A stretch of DNA of 64,000 bases, from the sequence record MK962758. The stretch is one strand, 5' to 3'. The notes below the pieces were generated by a model. That model had not been told where the DNA came from, searched no databases, and saw only the letters and a list, made by a program, of their open reading frames with translations. Position numbers and translations under genes: made by a program. Below, one piece after another: positions 6,831 through 16,308 of the stretch; positions within the stretch are counted from its first letter, which is position 1; each line of letters begins with the position of its first letter. Source of the DNA: Shigella phage JK55.

Positions 6831-6906
6831 GCTCCATTACTCCAATTGGCAGAGAGGCCAGACTTAAAATCTGTGTTATGTATCGGTTCGAATCCGATAT
6901 GGAGTA
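6831..6906 (+). tRNA. tRNA with anticodon TAA (Leu by anticodon; short variable arm)
   Basis: acceptor gctccat/atggagt, anticodon stem caga/tctg, loop cttaaaa, T-arm atcgg-ttcgaat-ccgat, discriminator A. Confidence 0.6.
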
Positions 6907-6914
6907 CCAAATTT

Positions 6915-6987
6915 AGCGGTATAGCATAACTGGCAATGCAGCAGTCTCTGAAGCTGTCTTATTAAGGTTCAAATCCTTATGCCGCTG
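6915..6987 (+). tRNA. tRNA-Gln (CTG)
   Basis: acceptor agcggta/tgccgct, anticodon loop ctctgaa, T-arm taagg-ttcaaat-cctta. Confidence 0.7.
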
Positions 6988-7021
6988 CCACTTCTAAGGG
7001 TTCTTACGAGAGTCCTTAAAT

Positions 7022-7094
7022 GTGGCCTTATCATAAATGGTAATGACCCATGCTGTGAACATGGTCTATACGGGTTCAAATCCCGTAGGTCACC
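7022..7094 (+). tRNA. tRNA-His (GTG)
   Basis: acceptor gtggcct/aggtcac, anticodon stem ccatg/catgg, loop ctgtgaa, T-arm acggg-ttcaaat-cccgt. Confidence 0.75.
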
Positions 7095-7102
7095 CCAATT
7101 TA

Positions 7103-7177
7103 TAGTCCAAGTAGCTTATATGGTTAAAGCGCGTGTCTGAAAAACATGAGAAGAGGGTTCGAATCCCACTGGACTAC
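7103..7177 (+). tRNA. tRNA-Phe (GAA)
   Basis: perfect acceptor tagtcca/tggacta, anticodon loop ctgaaaa, T-loop ttcgaat. Confidence 0.75.
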
Positions 7178-7195
7178 CAATTTCAAAGGTGCTTA

Positions 7196-7930
7196 ATGAA
7201 AGAGATGACAGAACAAGGTAAGGAGATTTTTAATCTCTTAAAAACCGGTAAAGGGTTTTCTAACCCACTTATTACTGGTGCAGCAGTTCTCGGTGGAACC
7301 GTAGCTGCTTCTACATCACTTGTAAGCTCTATTAGTTCTGTAACAGACCCTACAATGCAGGAGAAACTTGTTGCTGCTGGACTTACAACAGTCCTTCTAA
7401 ACAGCTTTACAACAAGCCTTACAAGCACTACAGCAACTACTAAAACTCTGACAGACTACGGTCAAAAGTCTATTGATGAGTTTTCATCACGTATGCAGGT
7501 AGCAAAGGGGTATTCCAATGTTATGGGTGCAGCAGGAGAGCAAGTTGGTTGTACACCATTCAGTGGTATCATGGGTGTTGCTACAGAGTATGGTCAAAAA
7601 GCTATTAACATGATGAACAGTACACTAGATAGTGTTAATGGTGTGTTAAGTGACTTACAAGATGCTATTGATAAGGGTCTTGATACTGTTTCTGATTTAG
7701 CTAATCAGGCTGTTAGTAAGATTAATGAAGGTATTTCAAAGATTACAGCTTATGCAGATGAAGTTGTGCAGATGATTGAAGAAGAAGCTTCCCTTATTGC
7801 AGAGTACCTTAAAACGAATATCAATGGGTTCTTAGCAGGTATCTTACCAGACTGGTTTGATGATGCCTGTAAAACTGGTGTGATTGACACTATTGCAACA
7901 CCAGAAATGAAGAGCGCATTACAGAAATAA
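7196..7930 (+). CDS. hypothetical protein embedded in the tRNA array (Ser/Thr-rich N-terminal half, helical C-terminal half)
   Basis: ORF-track start 7133 lies in the tRNA-Phe anticodon loop; ATG at 7196 follows tRNA-Phe and an aaaggtg RBS. Confidence 0.55.
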   Translation: MKEMTEQGKEIFNLLKTGKGFSNPLITGAAVLGGTVAASTSLVSSISSVTDPTMQEKLVAAGLTTVLLNSFTTSLTSTTATTKTLTDYGQKSIDEFSSRMQVAKGYSNVMGAAGEQVGCTPFSGIMGVATEYGQKAINMMNSTLDSVNGVLSDLQDAIDKGLDTVSDLANQAVSKINEGISKITAYADEVVQMIEEEASLIAEYLKTNINGFLAGILPDWFDDACKTGVIDTIATPEMKSALQK

Positions 7931-7931
7931 T

Positions 7932-8021
7932 GGAAGATTAACCCTAAAAGGTAAGGGAGCAGTTTGCTAAACTGCCAGTAGCTGAGAAATCGGTGTACCA
8001 GTTCAAGTCTGGTATCTTCCT
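7932..8021 (+). tRNA. tRNA-Ser (GCT), type II
   Basis: 90 nt, perfect acceptor ggaagat/atcttcc, anticodon stem gcagt/actgc, loop ttgctaa, long variable arm, T-arm accag-ttcaagt-ctggt. Confidence 0.75.
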
Positions 8022-8028
8022 CCAATTT

Positions 8029-8101
8029 GAATCCGTGACAGAAATGGATATGTGCCTGTCTGCAAAACAGGTTTATAAGGGTTCGAGTCCCTTCGGATTC
8101 T
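8029..8101 (+). tRNA. tRNA-Cys (GCA)
   Basis: perfect acceptor gaatccg/cggattc, anticodon stem cctgt/acagg, loop ctgcaaa, T-arm aaggg-ttcgagt-ccctt. Confidence 0.8.
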
Positions 8102-8141
8102 CCAAGTTATTTTACTCTCTCTCAATTAAAATAATAATAAT

Positions 8142-8201
8142 GCCCTGCTATAAGTATTCTTCCTTTCGCTACCGAAGAGTATTTTTAGACAGGGCTTTTT
8201 T
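8142..8201 (+). terminator. intrinsic terminator closing the tRNA array
   Basis: outer stem gccctg/cagggc plus inner 10-bp stem (two G.U pairs), followed by tttttt. Confidence 0.6.
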
Positions 8202-8267
8202 ACAGAGTTATACTTTATAAGAAGGCTTATACAGTATGTCTCTGACGTACATTGTGGTTTCTCCTTG

Positions 8268-8291
8268 ACGGTCTCTGTGCCGTCTTTTTTA
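8268..8291 (+). terminator. intrinsic terminator
   Basis: gacgg-tctctgtg-ccgtc followed by tttttt. Confidence 0.55.
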
Positions 8292-8326
8292 AGGAGAAAC
8301 ATGGTTAATTATTTGGAGAAAACATA

Positions 8327-8527
8327 ATGAGTGAGGCCGTTTATAAAGAACTTTATGAAGCTAACAAAAAGCTAGAATTTATGCAGAACACTATCATGGC
8401 AATTGCAGATAGATTATCTGTAGCAACAGGTATTGATATCAAAGAAGCCTCTATGGATGCACTTCTTGATGCTGTTGATGCAAAGTTCGAAGTTAAGAAA
8501 GAAGAGACTGCTACAGACTCTGAATAA
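8327..8527 (+). CDS. small acidic protein upstream of terminase
   Basis: 66-aa ORF with RBS ggagaaaacata before ATG. Confidence 0.5.
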   Translation: MSEAVYKELYEANKKLEFMQNTIMAIADRLSVATGIDIKEASMDALLDAVDAKFEVKKEETATDSE

Positions 8528-8548
8528 TTCTATTTGCGGAGGTGCTTA

Positions 8549-10150
8549 ATGGACTTAAATGCTGTTAAGCAGAAGCGAGTGGAAGATGTTAGGAAAGTCC
8601 TAGCTGGAGAGTTGGGGCTTTCTGATGAAGTAAAAGAAATTATCAAATCATTCGGTAAAGACCCCTCTAAATTCCTTCCAACTCAAATTCTGACTTTATT
8701 AAGATACACACCAGACCAAGTTCGCCTTATCTTTAAGTTGATGACTGATAAGAACTATGTAGCCCCTCAGCCGGGTTCTCAAGAGGTCTTTTTAAACACT
8801 AATGCTGACTTGGTACTCTATGGTGGTGCTGCTGGTGCTGGTAAGACTGCTGCATTGTTAATGGACTCTTTAAGATTTATTGAAGACCCTAACTATAATG
8901 CTGTGTATTTCCGTCGAAACACAACACAGCTACAAGGTGGTTTATGGCCTGCTGCAAAGAAACTATTTGGTAAGTTTGGTGGGATTCCTCACGAGCAGAA
9001 AATGACTATTACATTCCCTTCTGGGGCAACTATCAAGTTTACCTACCTAGAACTTGAAAAGCACGCTGAAGGTCATCAGGGTATTGAATACTCAGCTATT
9101 TACTTTGACGAAGGTACACACTTTTCTGCTTCACAGATTTCATATCTACAAACCCGTTTACGTTCTGGTGCTGAAGGTGATTCATACATGAAGATTTCCA
9201 TGAACCCAGACAGAGACCACTTTATTTATGATTGGGTAGAACCATTCTTAGATGAAGAAGGTTATCCAGACCCTGAAAAGTGTGGTCGTATTCGTTGGTA
9301 TGTAATGAATGATGGTGTGATGGTTTCTGATTGGGAGAGAGACAAGATTCTTGAAATGTTCCCTCTGGAGATTCCTCAAACATACACCTTCATCTCTGGT
9401 ACGATTGATGATAACCCAATTCTTGACTTCTTAGAACCTAAGTACCGTGGTAAGCTGGAAAACAACACCCCTGTAAACGTTGCAAGACTTCGTTTCGGTA
9501 ACTGGAAGGCTCGTGCAGAAGGTTCAAACTATTGGCAAAGGCAATGGTGTGAAATTGTTGATTCACTCCCAGAGGATGTATTTGATGTTAGAGCATGGGA
9601 CTTAGCAGCAACTTTACCATCTGAAATTAACCCTAATCCAGACTGGACAGCAGGTGTTAAGATGGGTAAATCTAAAAAAGACGGTTGCTATTATATCATT
9701 GATGTAGTAAGATTTAGAGATAGACCCTCTGGAGTCGAAACACAAATTAATTTGACTGCTGAAAGTGACGGTAAGCGAACTGGTATTTTTATCCCTCAAG
9801 ACCCAGGCGCTGCTGGTAAATCCTACGCAACATCCCTCATCAGGAAACTTGCCGAGAAAGGTTATCGAGCAAGAGCCAAACCAACAAATAAAGATAAAGT
9901 TACCCGCTTTGCGGGGTTTTCTGCTGCTTCTGAAGCTGGACTTGTAAAAGTTTTGAGAGGTAGTTGGAACGAAGCTTATTTCCAAGAGCTTGAAGGCTTT
10001 TGTGGTGATGGCAAAACTAAAGATGACCAAGTGGATGCTACCAGTGATGCTTTCAACAGTCTTAACGAAGTTAAATTATTCAAGCCACCATCAATGGGTG
10101 CTCACACAGACTTAGTGAGAGGAAACCCATATGAGGGGCTTAGACGTTGA
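8549..10150 (+). CDS. terL: terminase large subunit
   Basis: Walker A LVLYGGAAGAGKTAA, Walker B-like AIYFDEGTHF, C-terminal nuclease domain; RBS ggagg before ATG 8549. Confidence 0.9.
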   Translation: MDLNAVKQKRVEDVRKVLAGELGLSDEVKEIIKSFGKDPSKFLPTQILTLLRYTPDQVRLIFKLMTDKNYVAPQPGSQEVFLNTNADLVLYGGAAGAGKTAALLMDSLRFIEDPNYNAVYFRRNTTQLQGGLWPAAKKLFGKFGGIPHEQKMTITFPSGATIKFTYLELEKHAEGHQGIEYSAIYFDEGTHFSASQISYLQTRLRSGAEGDSYMKISMNPDRDHFIYDWVEPFLDEEGYPDPEKCGRIRWYVMNDGVMVSDWERDKILEMFPLEIPQTYTFISGTIDDNPILDFLEPKYRGKLENNTPVNVARLRFGNWKARAEGSNYWQRQWCEIVDSLPEDVFDVRAWDLAATLPSEINPNPDWTAGVKMGKSKKDGCYYIIDVVRFRDRPSGVETQINLTAESDGKRTGIFIPQDPGAAGKSYATSLIRKLAEKGYRARAKPTNKDKVTRFAGFSAASEAGLVKVLRGSWNEAYFQELEGFCGDGKTKDDQVDATSDAFNSLNEVKLFKPPSMGAHTDLVRGNPYEGLRR

Positions 10151-10166
10151 TAGCTAGGTGAGAAGA

Positions 10167-11633
10167 ATGGCAGATATTACAGAAACACAAGAAAGCTTAC
10201 CACCATTTAGAATGGGTGAAGTAGGTTCTTTGGGTCTGAAGGTTAAGAATGGAAGAATCTATGAAGAACCTCGTCAGGCACTAAGGTTCCCTGAAAGTAT
10301 TAAAACTTTTCAATTAATGATGCGTGACCCTGCTGTAGCAGCATCTGTAAATATTATTAAGATGTTTGTCAGAAAAGTCAACTGGAGATTCGTACCTCCA
10401 AAGGGAAAAGAGCAAGACCCTAAAATGCTTGAAAGAGCAGACTTCTTTAATTCTTTAATGGATGACATGGAGCATGATTGGGCAGATTTTATTAACTCTG
10501 TAATGTCATTCTGCACTTATGGGTTCTGTGTTAACGAGAAAGTTTATAAGAAACGTCAGGGCAAGAAAGGGAAGTACCAGTCTAAGTTTGATGATGGTCT
10601 AATTGGATGGGCTAAATTACCAATCAGAAACCAATCAACACTTGATAAGTGGTATTTTGATGAAGACTTTAGAAAAGTTACTGGTGTCAGACAAAATCTG
10701 AGAAATGTTTCACATATTGCTGGAGCAATTAATCTTGGAGAAAGACCACTAACAAGAAAACTTCCACGAGCTAAATTCATGCTGTTTAAGTATGATGATG
10801 AATATGGAAACCCAGAAGGTCGTTCACCATTACTTAATGCCTATGTACCGTGGAAGTATAAAGTTCAGATTGAAGAGTACGAAGCTGTTGGTGTTTCAAG
10901 AGACTTGGTAGGTATGCCAAAAATTGGTTTACCACCAGATTATCTGGATGAAAATGCAGAACCTGAAAAGAAAGCTTTCGTACAATACTGCAAAACTGTT
11001 GTTAACGATATGATTGCTAATGATAGAGCAGGTTTAATCTGGCCTAGATATATCGACCCAGATACTAAAGAGGATATTTTCGAGTTCTCATTAGTATCTA
11101 GACAGGGTGCTAAAGCATACGATACAGGTTCTATTATTGACAGATATTCCAAGCAGATTATGATGGCATTTATGTCAGATGTTCTTGCTATGGGTCAGTC
11201 AAAATATGGTTCATTCTCTCTTGCAGATTCTAAGACAAGCTTACTAGCAATGTCAGTGGATATTCTGCTGAAGCAAATTAAGAACGTAATTAACCGTGAT
11301 TTAGTTGCACAGACTTATGCTCTTAATATGTGGGATGATGAAGAACATGTACAAATCACATATGATGATATCGAAACTCCAGACCTTGAAGCAATTGGTT
11401 CTTATATTCAGAAGACTGTTGCAGTAGGTGCTTTGGAAGTTGACAAAGAGCTATCTAACAAACTTAGAGAGCATATTGGTCTTCCTCCTGCTGATGAGTC
11501 TCAACCAGTATCTGAAAAGCTTTCTCCAAATAGCCAAAGCCGCTCAGGAGATGGTTATAAGACCGCTGGAGAAGGTACTGCAAAGACACCTTCAGCGAAA
11601 GACCCAAGCACAGCAAATAAGGCAAATAAATAA
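10167..11633 (+). CDS. portal protein
   Basis: about 490 aa immediately after terL and before the protease/scaffold, with acidic flexible C-terminus; assignment from position and size. Confidence 0.7.
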   Translation: MADITETQESLPPFRMGEVGSLGLKVKNGRIYEEPRQALRFPESIKTFQLMMRDPAVAASVNIIKMFVRKVNWRFVPPKGKEQDPKMLERADFFNSLMDDMEHDWADFINSVMSFCTYGFCVNEKVYKKRQGKKGKYQSKFDDGLIGWAKLPIRNQSTLDKWYFDEDFRKVTGVRQNLRNVSHIAGAINLGERPLTRKLPRAKFMLFKYDDEYGNPEGRSPLLNAYVPWKYKVQIEEYEAVGVSRDLVGMPKIGLPPDYLDENAEPEKKAFVQYCKTVVNDMIANDRAGLIWPRYIDPDTKEDIFEFSLVSRQGAKAYDTGSIIDRYSKQIMMAFMSDVLAMGQSKYGSFSLADSKTSLLAMSVDILLKQIKNVINRDLVAQTYALNMWDDEEHVQITYDDIETPDLEAIGSYIQKTVAVGALEVDKELSNKLREHIGLPPADESQPVSEKLSPNSQSRSGDGYKTAGEGTAKTPSAKDPSTANKANK

Positions 11634-12133
11634 TGGCTGAAGTTATCTCTATTTCAAATGCTACACGAGTGCATTCGTATAGGGGTGTACTTATCATTAC
11701 TGATAAATTATCTGTAGAGGCTGGCTCAAGGGTCAGCCTTTCAGGTTATGTAAGTGATGGTGGAGCCTCTGACGTTTTCACTATTTGCAGGTTACTTGAT
11801 GCACCAATGAGTGGAAAACCGTTTATTTCAGGAAATTGTAGTGAAATTGTTAAAATTCCATTTGACAGTTCATGCCTTTTGGGTGTAAAGTTATATAACT
11901 GCGAGAATAAACGTATCAATGTTAATAGCATTGAAGCCGCTTTCATTACCCTCGACACTGCATTTCAATCTCCAATGACAGTTAATAAAGAAACAAACAG
12001 ACTTGAGTACATTTTTTCACAAAATGATTACAAAGTACTTGTCAAAGGTAAAGTTTATGATATGATTGTAAATGTGGTAGATGAATCTGGTAACCATTCA
12101 ACAGTCCTTAAACAAAAAGTAAGGTTTAATTAA
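11633..12133 (+). CDS. hypothetical head-module protein
   Basis: 166-aa ORF translationally coupled to the portal gene. Confidence 0.5.
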   Translation: MAEVISISNATRVHSYRGVLIITDKLSVEAGSRVSLSGYVSDGGASDVFTICRLLDAPMSGKPFISGNCSEIVKIPFDSSCLLGVKLYNCENKRINVNSIEAAFITLDTAFQSPMTVNKETNRLEYIFSQNDYKVLVKGKVYDMIVNVVDESGNHSTVLKQKVRFN

Positions 12134-12465
12134 TGGGAACATTAACTATTGATGGTAAGAATAAAATCCTCGCCACGCTAACCCCAACGACTATTATTTT
12201 ACACAATGTAGACCCAACGGCAGACCCTACAGCAAATAAGGTTACTCAGCCAGTGGCTATTTATTTTTCTGAACCGGATAATGGCTTAATTGCCTCAGAA
12301 GACACAGTTAACATTACTGTCCCAGCTTCTGCAACGGTCTCACACTATAGCTTGTGGGATGCTAACGATAAATGCGTGGCAACTGGTGCTCTTAGCAAAC
12401 CTCAATTCTTTGCTGAAGAAGGTATTTATGTTATCTCTTCAGTCTCTGTAGATTTAAACAAATAG
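12133..12465 (+). CDS. hypothetical head-module protein
   Basis: 110-aa ORF overlapping the upstream stop codon. Confidence 0.5.
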   Translation: MGTLTIDGKNKILATLTPTTIILHNVDPTADPTANKVTQPVAIYFSEPDNGLIASEDTVNITVPASATVSHYSLWDANDKCVATGALSKPQFFAEEGIYVISSVSVDLNK

Positions 12466-12476
12466 GGTGAGTAAAA

Positions 12477-13823
12477 ATGAGTTCGAATATCTTCAGACTT
12501 GCTGATAGATTATTCAACCAACCTTTACTAGCCACTGAATCATTAGCTCACTCAGCAGCAACTTATGTGAATAACAGATTGCTGGGTGATGTCCAAGCAG
12601 CAGTAAACTTTGATAAACCCAAAGGTGAAGCAAGAAGTCTTTTAAAAGTGAAAGATGACATTGCTATTATCCCTATTATGGGTGGTTTAACCCATCGTAT
12701 GACATTCATTGATGCAATGTGTACAGGTGGATTAAGCTCTTATGAAGGTTTGCGTAGAGGCTTTGACGAAGCTTTAGCAGATGAGTCAATCAAGACTATT
12801 GTTCTGCACATCGATTCTGGTGGTGGTGAAGCTTCAGGTTGCTTTGAATTAGCACGTCACATTATGGCTTCAAGAGGCCAAAAGAAAATTATTGCTTATG
12901 TAGATGAGTTCGCTTGTTCCGCTGCATACGCTCTTGCATCTTCTGCTGAAGAAATTATCGCATCACCAGATGCAGATGTTGGTTCGATTGGTGTAATTAT
13001 GGTTCATCAGGAATTAACTAAGGCATTTGAAAAGAATGGCGTAACAATTAACGTCATCAAAGCTGGTGAGTTTAAAGGTATGGGTTCACCATTCCAAGCA
13101 CTTTCAGAAGAAAGCAAAGAAAGACTTCAAAAGAGAATTAATGATACCTACGCAACCTTTACAGGTTTTGTAGCCGAATCTCGTAATCTCTCTGAAGAAG
13201 CTGTAAAGAATACTGAGGCGAATGTTTATTCTGCTCAGGAAGCTCTTGAACTTGGTTTAATTAACTCAATCATGTCTCAAGATGATTTCTTAAATTACTT
13301 ACAAGGTTCTGAAGAGGCTCCTGTAAGTTTAAACGTTAACAATTCAGGTGAAGAAATGACTGAACAAGAAAAGCAAGAACTAGAAGCTTTGCGTCTTCAG
13401 GTTGCTCAAATGAAAGCTAAAGAACAGGAAGCTGCTTTGTCAGATTTGACTAATAAGATTTCTGCTTCTGCTGAAGCTTTTGGATTTGATGCAAAAGAAG
13501 CTGCAACGACTATTTTAGGTGCTGGTCTTGATAACCCTCTGAGTGTTCTGTTTATGAATGCTATGGAAGGTGCTAACCAGAAACTTAATGAAACTATCGC
13601 GTCCCATGCTTCTGCAATGGAAGAAAAAGAATCAGAAATTACCAAGCTGAAAGAAACTGCTGGTGCTGTTCTTGAACATTCTAATGCTATGGAAGAAATG
13701 GGTAATGACGGCGAAGCTGATTTGGTTGAAGAAGAAAAAGAACCAGCTAAGAATGCTTCCGAAGACACCGCTGAACAACGCAAACTGGCTCTCCAGAATG
13801 CTCTAAAATCTCTTATCAAATAA
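12477..13823 (+). CDS. prohead protease (S49/SppA-like) fused to scaffold-like C-terminal domain
   Basis: IVLHIDSGGGEASGCFELARHI and ayalassAEEI motifs typical of S49 peptidases; C-terminal 150 aa coiled-coil, acidic. Confidence 0.8.
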   Translation: MSSNIFRLADRLFNQPLLATESLAHSAATYVNNRLLGDVQAAVNFDKPKGEARSLLKVKDDIAIIPIMGGLTHRMTFIDAMCTGGLSSYEGLRRGFDEALADESIKTIVLHIDSGGGEASGCFELARHIMASRGQKKIIAYVDEFACSAAYALASSAEEIIASPDADVGSIGVIMVHQELTKAFEKNGVTINVIKAGEFKGMGSPFQALSEESKERLQKRINDTYATFTGFVAESRNLSEEAVKNTEANVYSAQEALELGLINSIMSQDDFLNYLQGSEEAPVSLNVNNSGEEMTEQEKQELEALRLQVAQMKAKEQEAALSDLTNKISASAEAFGFDAKEAATTILGAGLDNPLSVLFMNAMEGANQKLNETIASHASAMEEKESEITKLKETAGAVLEHSNAMEEMGNDGEADLVEEEKEPAKNASEDTAEQRKLALQNALKSLIK

Positions 13824-13834
13824 GGAACACAATA

Positions 13835-14212
13835 ATGGCATATCAAGGTTTTACTAAGTTAGGTAACAGAGAACCTCTGAATGATATCATTCTTTGGGAA
13901 CAGATTACACCAACAGGCCACTCTCGTAAAGAGTACACTCCAGTTGCTTCAACAGAATACCGCGTAGGTGAAGTTCTGAAAGCAGATGGTACTAAGGTAC
14001 AAGCTGGAGAAGAAGCCCAAGCAGACTCTGTATGTATCGTTAATTTCTACGCAGACCTGCAACTGTCTTATCATGGTCAGTTGAAAGTGGTAGGTATCCA
14101 CCGTGATGCAGAACTGAAAGACCTGCTAACTCTTGAATCAAGCGTTGATGCTACTGAAGTCAAGAAAGCTCTGGCTGCTAAAGGTATTGATTTCGTACCA
14201 ACTGGCCTGTAA
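13835..14212 (+). CDS. putative head decoration protein
   Basis: 125-aa ORF between protease and major capsid gene, as in lambda gpD; positional inference only. Confidence 0.4.
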   Translation: MAYQGFTKLGNREPLNDIILWEQITPTGHSRKEYTPVASTEYRVGEVLKADGTKVQAGEEAQADSVCIVNFYADLQLSYHGQLKVVGIHRDAELKDLLTLESSVDATEVKKALAAKGIDFVPTGL

Positions 14213-14245
14213 TAACAATAATAAGACATTCTGGAGAATTTTACA

Positions 14246-15355
14246 ATGTTGACTAATTCTGAAAAAAGCAGATTTTTCCTTGCTGACCTGACTGGTGAAG
14301 TCCAGTCTATCCCTAATACTTATGGGTATATTTCCAACTTAGGTCTGTTCCGTTCAGCACCAATCACCCAAACTACTTTCCTTATGGACTTGACTGATTG
14401 GGATGTTAGCTTGCTTGATGCGGTAGACCGTGATAGCCGTAAAGCAGAGACTAGCGCACCTGAGCGTGTTCGTCAAATCAGCTTCCCAATGATGTACTTC
14501 AAAGAAGTTGAAAGCATTACTCCTGATGAGATTCAGGGTGTACGTCAGCCAGGCACTGCAAACGAACTGACTACTGAAGCTGTAGTACGTGCTAAGAAGC
14601 TGATGAAGATTCGTACCAAGTTCGATATTACTCGTGAGTTCTTGTTTATGCAAGCTCTGAAGGGTAAAGTTGTTGATGCTCGTGGTACTCTGTATGCTGA
14701 CCTGTACAAGCAGTTCGACGTTGAGAAGAAGACTATTTACTTCGACCTTGACAACCCTAATGCTGACATCGATGCTGCTATTGAAGAACTGCGTATGCAC
14801 ATGGAAGACGAAGCTAAGACTGGCACTGTAATCAACGGTGAAGAAATTCACGTAGTTGTTGACCGTGTATTCTTCAGCAAACTGGTTAAGCACCCTAAGA
14901 TTCGTGACGCTTATCTTGCACAGCAGACTCCACTGGCTTGGCAACAGATTACTGGTTCTCTGAGAACTGGTGGTGCTGACGGCGTTCAGGCTCATATGAA
15001 CACTTTCTACTACGGTGGTGTTAAGTTTGTCCAGTACAACGGTAAGTTCAAAGACAAGCGTGGTAAGGTTCATACTCTGGTTAGTATTGATGGTGTTACT
15101 CAGGATGGAACTGTAGGTGTAGGTCATGCTTTCCCTAACGTTTCTATGCTGGGTGAAGCAAACAACATCTTCGAAGTGGCATATGGCCCATGTCCTAAGA
15201 TGGGTTATGCAAATACTCTGGGTCAGGAACTGTACGTATTCGAATACGAAAAAGACCGTGACGAAGGTATTGACTTTGAAGCTCACTCTTACATGCTGCC
15301 ATACTGCACACGTCCTCAGTTGCTGGTAGATGTTCGTTCTGACGCTCAAGAATAA
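14246..15355 (+). CDS. major capsid protein
   Basis: 369 aa, strong RBS, position after protease/decoration genes, followed by rare-codon-poor highly expressed-looking sequence. Confidence 0.75.
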   Translation: MLTNSEKSRFFLADLTGEVQSIPNTYGYISNLGLFRSAPITQTTFLMDLTDWDVSLLDAVDRDSRKAETSAPERVRQISFPMMYFKEVESITPDEIQGVRQPGTANELTTEAVVRAKKLMKIRTKFDITREFLFMQALKGKVVDARGTLYADLYKQFDVEKKTIYFDLDNPNADIDAAIEELRMHMEDEAKTGTVINGEEIHVVVDRVFFSKLVKHPKIRDAYLAQQTPLAWQQITGSLRTGGADGVQAHMNTFYYGGVKFVQYNGKFKDKRGKVHTLVSIDGVTQDGTVGVGHAFPNVSMLGEANNIFEVAYGPCPKMGYANTLGQELYVFEYEKDRDEGIDFEAHSYMLPYCTRPQLLVDVRSDAQE

Positions 15356-15376
15356 TATTCTTAAGGAGGGTTATGA

Positions 15377-15826
15377 ATGTGTTATACAGGCGACCCAGCC
15401 AATAACCCTCTTGATAGAGTAAGAATCCTCTGCACAGACACCAATAATGATGAAATTCTTATTGAGCAGTCTGTGCTAGAGTGGTTCTATCTAGAATCTG
15501 GAAAGGATGAAAAGAAAGCAGCCATCAAAGCTCTTAAATATTTACTCTTTCAAGTAGCCAAGATGGGAGATGAGAAGGTTGGTGGTGTTTATTTACGTAA
15601 CTCTTCCAGATTCAAGTCTCTGAAAGCTGTTTATGACGACCTTGTTAAAAGCTCTGTTTCAGGACTACCCTATGCAGGTGGTATTAATCAGTGTGATATT
15701 GACATGCGTCGTCAGAATCCTTGCTCTGTCAAGAAATACACAGAATATGGTGATGCTGCCAGATACGAAGGCAGAGATTACTGCAACCGTGTTAATGGCG
15801 TATTTATTATCGAGCGAGATGAATAA
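15377..15826 (+). CDS. hypothetical head-tail joining protein
   Basis: 149-aa ORF in structural operon. Confidence 0.45.
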   Translation: MCYTGDPANNPLDRVRILCTDTNNDEILIEQSVLEWFYLESGKDEKKAAIKALKYLLFQVAKMGDEKVGGVYLRNSSRFKSLKAVYDDLVKSSVSGLPYAGGINQCDIDMRRQNPCSVKKYTEYGDAARYEGRDYCNRVNGVFIIERDE

Positions 15827-16308
15827 TGGTTAAAAGGGTTATTCACCCCGCTAGAGCAAAATTAGTCGGGGCTATGAAGAACTTGCAAACGGCTAATGCT
15901 CAAGTTGGGTATTTTCAAGAACAAGGTCAACATAGCTCTGGTTTTTCTTATCCTGCTTTAATGTATTTACAAGAAGTTATTGGGGTTCCTTCAGCTTCTG
16001 GTAAAGTATATCGTAGGTTGTTTGAAATTACTATGATGCTAAACAAACAGACCTTGTTAGAGCAGACTAAGAAGAATCTATATAAGCAACTTAGCAGTCT
16101 CAACACAGACCCTTCGAATACCTTAGAAGCATTTGCAAAAAATGCTCAAAAGGCAATTAAAAGAGGCTTTGGTAATTCTGCTATCCTCCCTCCTAACGCA
16201 CCTTCCACAGTCAAGAAAAAAGGCTTTAATGCACCTCTTGTTGAGACAGGTGACTTAAGAGATAACCTTGCTTATAAAATTTCTACTAAGAAGGGTATTA
16301 AGAAATGA
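15826..16308 (+). CDS. hypothetical head-tail joining protein
   Basis: 160-aa ORF, start overlaps upstream stop. Confidence 0.45.
   Translation: MVKRVIHPARAKLVGAMKNLQTANAQVGYFQEQGQHSSGFSYPALMYLQEVIGVPSASGKVYRRLFEITMMLNKQTLLEQTKKNLYKQLSSLNTDPSNTLEAFAKNAQKAIKRGFGNSAILPPNAPSTVKKKGFNAPLVETGDLRDNLAYKISTKKGIKK

Noticed and set aside
3271-8101. tRNA cluster as a prophage integration site (attP/attB)
   Set aside because: No integrase or recombinase in the window; the tRNAs are a phage-encoded array with phage promoters and terminators, not a single host tRNA flanked by a repeat.
7750-8220. ORFs 7750..8025 (minus) and 7993..8220 (plus)
   Set aside because: Overlap tRNA-Ser(GCT), tRNA-Cys and the terminator hairpins; no RBS; the sense-strand gene 7196..7930 explains the coding signal.
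14354-15349. 331-aa antisense ORF inside the major capsid gene
   Set aside because: Fully contained in the opposite strand of a gene with strong RBS and operon context; Asn/Val-rich low-complexity translation typical of a fortuitous open antisense frame.
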